The notes under the pieces are model-generated. The model did no database searches, was not told where the DNA came from, and saw only the letters and a program-made list of their open reading frames with translations. Position numbers and translations under genes: made by a program. From Myxococcota bacterium (GTDB lineage: Bacteria > Myxococcota_A > UBA796 > GCA-2862545), in NCBI GenBank assembly GCA_039208735.1, contig JBCCQY010000029.1, forward strand, positions 10,522 through 74,521: a DNA stretch of 64,000 nt, written 5' to 3'. This document shows positions 59,306 through 64,000 of the stretch, piece by piece (position 1 is the stretch's first letter; every line of letters starts with the position of its first letter).

Positions 59306-60325
59306 ATGGCCCAGATTACCTCTCTTTTTTGGTGGCGACATCTCCGCGCCGAGCCGTCGTCGCACGTGCTCCGCTGGCGCCGTGGCAAATTGATTCAGTC
59401 CGGGCGCGGTAGTGCGTTCTGGTTCTACCCGTTGTCCACCTCGCTGGCGGAAGTTCCGGTAGACGACCGCGAGCTCCCGTTTCTGGTGCGTGTCCCTTCG
59501 TCGGACTTTCAGGATGTCGCGATTCAGGGGTCGCTGCACTGGCGGGTGGCCGATCCCGAAGGTTGCGCCCAGCGCATCGACTTTTCGATTGACTCCAAGA
59601 CGGGGCGATACCGTGAGGAGCCGCTCGAGACCATCGCGAGTCTCCTTGGGCCGCTGGTGCGCCAGCTGGCGGAACAATCCGCCACCGGCCTCGGGCTGAA
59701 GGCGTTGCTGGAGCGTGGGGCGGAGACGTTGCGACAATCGATTGAGGCAGGGCTTTCACGTGACGCCAGCGTGCTGGATTTGGGCGTCGAAGTCGTGGCG
59801 GTGCGCGTGGCGTCCGTGCGGCCGTCGGAGTCGAAAGTCGAGCGTGCGCTGCAAATGCCGACCCGCGAGCGCATTCAGCAGGAGGCCGACGAAGCGACCT
59901 TTCATCGGCGTGCCATCGCCGTCGAAAAGGAACGTGCAATTCAGGAAAATGAACTGCAGTCTCAGATCGAGCTTGCGGCTCGCGAACAGCAGCTTGTTCA
60001 ACAACGAGGCACCAATGAGCGCCTGCGTGTGGAAGAGGAAGCCGCCGCTCAGCACATTCAGACCCAATCCGAAATCGAGCGGATCGGGCTTCACGCCGAG
60101 GCCGAATCGCTTCGCATCGAGAAGGTCGAAGGGGCGAATGTGGCCATGGAACAAGCCCGGATGGAGGTCTACCGTGGGCTGCCCGCTCCCGTGTTGCTCG
60201 GCCTTGCCGCGCGGTCGCTCGCCGAGAACCTCACTCACATCGAGCACCTCAACGTAAGCCCAGAGCTGCTGGGGCCGGTGCTCACCGATCTGTTGCGGGC
60301 GGGCACCCAAAAGCTGGAGGGGTAA
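59306..60325 (+). CDS. SPFH/band-7 domain protein (NrtX-like)
   Basis: 'G.GSAFWFYP', 'DFQDVAIQG.L.WRVADP', 'ALQMPTRE.IQQEADEATF.RRA.AVEKERAIQENELQ'. GAGGAGG RBS. Confidence 0.88.
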   Translation: MAQITSLFWWRHLRAEPSSHVLRWRRGKLIQSGRGSAFWFYPLSTSLAEVPVDDRELPFLVRVPSSDFQDVAIQGSLHWRVADPEGCAQRIDFSIDSKTGRYREEPLETIASLLGPLVRQLAEQSATGLGLKALLERGAETLRQSIEAGLSRDASVLDLGVEVVAVRVASVRPSESKVERALQMPTRERIQQEADEATFHRRAIAVEKERAIQENELQSQIELAAREQQLVQQRGTNERLRVEEEAAAQHIQTQSEIERIGLHAEAESLRIEKVEGANVAMEQARMEVYRGLPAPVLLGLAARSLAENLTHIEHLNVSPELLGPVLTDLLRAGTQKLEG

Positions 60326-61225
60326 GTGGCGGTCACTCCGCGCGTGGTCCTGATCACTCGGCCAACGCCCTATGAGGCGGCACTTGCGGTGCACGGCACC
60401 GAGGGGCAGGCGCGGTTCGTGCTCGCCCAACGAGGGGTGTCGTGGGATGCGCTGAAGTCGTCCCACCAGCAATTTGTAGGCATCCTCCACGATGTGGTGG
60501 CTTGCATCCCGCTGGCTTGGCACCGTACCCGCATTGGCCGCGATGACCTCGACCGCTTCCTCTTTGAAGACCGCGATATGGTCGTTGTCGTGGGCCAGGA
60601 TGGGCTGGTCGCAAATGTGGCCCGGTTTCTTCACGGCCAGCCCGTGGTCGGCGTCGACGGGGCACCGGGGGCAAACTCGGGCGTGCTCGTGGTGCATGAT
60701 GCACGGAGCGCGGCCCATGCCGTTGCGGCGGTAGGGACCGGCAAAGCCGTCGATGTCGAGTCCCGCACGCTCGTGGAGGTGACGCTCGACGACGGACAGA
60801 CCCTGCGGGGGCTCAACGAGGTGTTCGTCGGCCATCGGACCCACCAATCTGCGCGCTATCACCTCACCTACGACGAAGCGGCAGAACGTCAGTCGTCGTC
60901 GGGCGTGGTCGTGGCCACGGGCACCGGCTCCACCGGTTGGGCGGCGTCGATCCATCGCGAACGTCGCTGCGACCTGACCCTGCCGGACCCTTGTGACGCG
61001 CAGTTGGCGTTCTTTGTGCGTGAGGCGTGGCCGGGACCCCGATTAGGGGCCGAACTGACCGAAGGGCTGGTTGGTCCCAGCGCCTCGCTTCAGATCACCT
61101 CCGAGATGGACGACGGTGGCGTCATCTTTGCGGATGGCATCGAAGTGGACGCTCTGCGATTTGGCCGTGGCCAGGCCGCGAGTGTGGGATGTTCGCCCGA
61201 GACGCTCCAGCTCGTGGTGGGGTAA
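60326..61225 (+). CDS. NAD-kinase-like protein (NrtY-like)
   Basis: VVVVGQDGLVANV, LNEVFVG, QSSSG and ATGTGSTGW motifs. Coupled to the SPFH gene. Confidence 0.85.
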   Translation: MAVTPRVVLITRPTPYEAALAVHGTEGQARFVLAQRGVSWDALKSSHQQFVGILHDVVACIPLAWHRTRIGRDDLDRFLFEDRDMVVVVGQDGLVANVARFLHGQPVVGVDGAPGANSGVLVVHDARSAAHAVAAVGTGKAVDVESRTLVEVTLDDGQTLRGLNEVFVGHRTHQSARYHLTYDEAAERQSSSGVVVATGTGSTGWAASIHRERRCDLTLPDPCDAQLAFFVREAWPGPRLGAELTEGLVGPSASLQITSEMDDGGVIFADGIEVDALRFGRGQAASVGCSPETLQLVVG

Positions 61226-61247
61226 AGTCGCGCGCGGGGAGGCGCGT

Positions 61248-63122
61248 GTGGCGGGACGACGAACGCTTGGAAGGCTCGGTTTGGCCCTCTTGTGGGCGTG
61301 CGGGGGCGATGGCGGTGGCCCCACGACCACCCATGACCTGGACCCCCGGGCTATCGACGCGGACCAAGATGGGTTCGCCGAAGCGTTTGACTGCAACGAC
61401 GGCGACCCCAGCGTTTTCCCGGGGGCTCCCGATCCGCCCTATGACGGGGTCGATTCCGATTGTGCAGGCGATTCCGACTTCGATGTTGACGAAGACGGGG
61501 TCGATGTTCCCGCGGATTGTGATGACGAAAACCCCCTCGTCCGCCCCGGAGCGGACGAGCTGTGCAACGGCATCGATGACGATTGCAACGACCGCATTGA
61601 TGATGAGGCGGTGGATGCCGTGCGGCTGTTCGTCGACAACGACGGGGACGGCTTTGGGGTGAAAGGCCTCGAACGCATGGGATGCGAAGGCGATGCAGGT
61701 ACGGCCCGTTTCATGGGCGACTGCGATGATGAAAACGACCAGCGATTTCCGGGGTTGGCTGAGGTTTGCGACGGCCTCGACAACGATTGCAACATGCTGG
61801 TCGACGACGCCCTGACGGAAATTGAAGCGTGGCCCGACCTCGATGGGGATGGCTTTGGGGATGCCTCTGCCGCGCCGATGCGGGACTGTGCGGGCCCTCC
61901 CATGGGGTTCGTCGACAATGCGCTCGATTGTGCGGACTTCGATCCCTACACGTTCCCGGGGGCGGCCGACATCGCCTGCGATGGGCTAGACAACGACTGC
62001 CTGCCCAACACATTCGAGCCGGGAGAGGTTCGGCTTGATGGGGTCGTGATGGCGAGCGTGGGTGAGGCGCTTGCCGCGGCAGAGTCGGGGTCAACGGTGG
62101 AATTGTGCGAAGGTCGGTACGTTGAACCTGGACTCACCATCCATATGGGCCTCACCCTGACCGGAGCCGGTTCGGCGGTCACGGTGCTCGACGGTGATCT
62201 GAGTGCCGCGGTGCTGCGGGTCAACACGACCGAGCCGGTCACGCTGTCGGGCCTCATGCTGACCCGAGGCACGGGGCGCACCTTTCAGGGCTATCGAACC
62301 GGTGGGGGACTGCATGTCGTCGCGGATGGCGAGGTCACGGGCACCGACCTCGATGTCGTCGACAACCAGGCCGAGTTCGGAGGTGGGATTTGGATGGGGG
62401 AGCGCACCTCGCTGCGCCTTGTCAACAGCTGGGTTCGCGACAATCTCGCCGATGACACCACGCTTCCGGGCACGGGAGACGGGGGTGGGGTGTATGCGGA
62501 AATCGACAACACCATCGAGCTGGTCGACACCGTGGTGGAATCCAACGAGGGTCACCGGTGCGGGGGCGCAAGGATCGGGCGCACGTCGACAGTGGAGGGA
62601 ACGGGGAACGCCCTCTTCTACGACAATGTGGCCACAGGGCTTGGTGGAGGCGGCGCGTGCACCGAGGTCGAGGTGACGCTGCGCAACCTCACGTTCCGAG
62701 AAAACGAATCCTCGAATATTGCGGGTGGGATAGCGGGATTGACGCCATTGGTGCTCGAATCGGTGACCCTCGAAGGCAACGTGGCCACCCTGGGCGGCGG
62801 AGGATTGCACTTGGTTGGGGGCACCGAATCGCGCATTAGTGATTCCCTCATCACGGGCAACACCACGAGCGACGACGGCGGGGGCCTATGGCTCGGGTGC
62901 TCGTTGCGCTTGGAACGCAGCGAAGTGTCCTCGAACACCGAAGACACGTTCGCGTTGAATCAAGGAGGCGGCATCTTTCTTTGGCCGGGCGACGTGCTCA
63001 CCGTCGTCGACACGGTGTTTCTCGGCAATTCGGACGCCGACATTGGGTTTGATAGCAGTGCGTTCAATACCGCGGGCCTGACGGATTTTGTGTGTATGGG
63101 GTCCAGCGAAGTCTGCTTGTAG
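61248..63122 (+). CDS. Surface lipoprotein with 4 MopE-type repeats and right-handed beta-helix (GGG-rich) domain
   Basis: Signal ending LWAC. DADQDG, DVDEDG, DNDGDG and DLDGDG repeats with DCDD, then 'N.A..GGG' beta-helix repeats. Confidence 0.85.
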   Translation: MAGRRTLGRLGLALLWACGGDGGGPTTTHDLDPRAIDADQDGFAEAFDCNDGDPSVFPGAPDPPYDGVDSDCAGDSDFDVDEDGVDVPADCDDENPLVRPGADELCNGIDDDCNDRIDDEAVDAVRLFVDNDGDGFGVKGLERMGCEGDAGTARFMGDCDDENDQRFPGLAEVCDGLDNDCNMLVDDALTEIEAWPDLDGDGFGDASAAPMRDCAGPPMGFVDNALDCADFDPYTFPGAADIACDGLDNDCLPNTFEPGEVRLDGVVMASVGEALAAAESGSTVELCEGRYVEPGLTIHMGLTLTGAGSAVTVLDGDLSAAVLRVNTTEPVTLSGLMLTRGTGRTFQGYRTGGGLHVVADGEVTGTDLDVVDNQAEFGGGIWMGERTSLRLVNSWVRDNLADDTTLPGTGDGGGVYAEIDNTIELVDTVVESNEGHRCGGARIGRTSTVEGTGNALFYDNVATGLGGGGACTEVEVTLRNLTFRENESSNIAGGIAGLTPLVLESVTLEGNVATLGGGGLHLVGGTESRISDSLITGNTTSDDGGGLWLGCSLRLERSEVSSNTEDTFALNQGGGIFLWPGDVLTVVDTVFLGNSDADIGFDSSAFNTAGLTDFVCMGSSEVCL

Positions 63123-63266
63123 CAGGGTGCCCCACGTTGGCGCTTGCGAACGCGAGCCCCTTCGAACCGAACGCGGCTGCGGACAACGAACGGTCGGGCC
63201 CACCGATAGGTCGCCTTTGAACCCGGGCGGGAATGCTCCTTGTGGCCCGGGCACTTTGGAGGCTGC

Positions 63267-64000
63267 ATGGACCTGCCCATCCCCGAGGAGGTCGAGGGGG
63301 TCGAGGCGGCCGGGGCACTGACGGCCGCCTTTGACCGCATCCTCGCCGATGGATTTGCTCGACTGACTCCCGCTCAGACCGAGGCCTTGGGCGAGCTGGC
63401 CGCAGCCCTTGAGGGTTCGGCGCTGGGTGCCCTGACACGGGAGGCGGTGGATGCGCTGAGCGAGGGCCAGCTGCTGGGGCATCACCTTGCCGTGCTCGCC
63501 GGGGCGCGTCTCGCGATCGAAGGGGCCCGGGCCGATGCCTTGTGGCAGGTCGCCGCTACGGCGACCGGGGTTTCGTTGGCGTCGGCTGAAAGCACGCAGC
63601 CCGCGCCCGATCCCGAAGCCACCACCCGCATGGCTGCGGTCCAGACCTGGCTTACCGAGGTTGCCTTGGCCGGGCTGCGCCAGCTCGACAACGCCACCAT
63701 CGTACCCATTGCGGCCACGCTCGAGGGGGTACAGAGTCTGCCCGAGCTGCAAGGTCTCGCCGCTATGCTCACCGGTTTTGCGAGTGAGCTTCTCGACCAT
63801 GCGCCCACGTCGAGTCAAAGCGACCTGCCGTTGCGTCGGTGGGCCGATCTCTGGTGCCAATGCATGGTGCTGACGGTGGGGCTCCCCGAGGCGGTGACGC
63901 CCCGCGAGGTCGAGGGTGAACTCCGCATCCTTGGCGCCGAGATTCGTCACCACGACCATGTGGTTTCGTTGATGGCTCATGGGGTGCTGACCGAGACCGA
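63267..64000 (+). CDS. Hypothetical helical protein (3' truncated; absent from the ORF track)
   Basis: ATG with GGAGG RBS. Frame is open to the window end (MDLPIPEEVEG...WLTEVALAG...PLRRWADLW...). Confidence 0.75.
   Translation, partial: MDLPIPEEVEGVEAAGALTAAFDRILADGFARLTPAQTEALGELAAALEGSALGALTREAVDALSEGQLLGHHLAVLAGARLAIEGARADALWQVAATATGVSLASAESTQPAPDPEATTRMAAVQTWLTEVALAGLRQLDNATIVPIAATLEGVQSLPELQGLAAMLTGFASELLDHAPTSSQSDLPLRRWADLWCQCMVLTVGLPEAVTPREVEGELRILGAEIRHHDHVVSLMAHGVLTET

Noticed and set aside
58634..59737. Long N-terminal extension of NADAR in the ORF track
   Set aside because: It overlaps the SPFH gene and the AT-rich promoter. NADAR similarity starts at about 59200.
62886..63980. 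364-aa minus-strand ORF at the window end
   Set aside because: Shadow of the plus-strand gene starting at 63267, which has an RBS and a natural amino-acid composition.

Overview
High-GC bacterial chromosomal segment, probably Myxococcota (inferred from TIGR02996/LRR paralogues, DxDGDG-DCDD 'MopE-type' repeat lipoproteins and a Myxococcus-type LexA box). About 50 CDS were found, and no rRNA, tRNA, CRISPR array, integrase or transposase was recognised. Housekeeping blocks are a complete System I cytochrome c maturation operon (ccmABC-D-EFGHI, with an extra gene inserted), cinA-recA, ruvX/yqgF and an ABC exporter. Four things stand out. (1) 47.3-57.9 kb: a locus with four related Fur-like boxes encodes a nicotianamine synthase translationally coupled to a divergent glutathione-synthetase-like ATP-grasp ligase, plus an AraC regulator, a Tat-exported hydrolase, two methyltransferases and a YbtPQ/IrtAB-type ABC pair. 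This is a candidate undescribed metallophore system. (2) An orphan 4263-aa trimodular type I PKS ([KS-AT-KR-ACP]x3) has no loading module and no thioesterase, and ends in a transmembrane helix. (3) A compact major-vault-protein-like (MVP/SPFH) protein sits in a tight four-gene operon. (4) A divergent NADAR / SPFH / NAD-kinase-like module has a palindromic operator candidate. All functional calls come from motif recognition by eye; no database searches were run.
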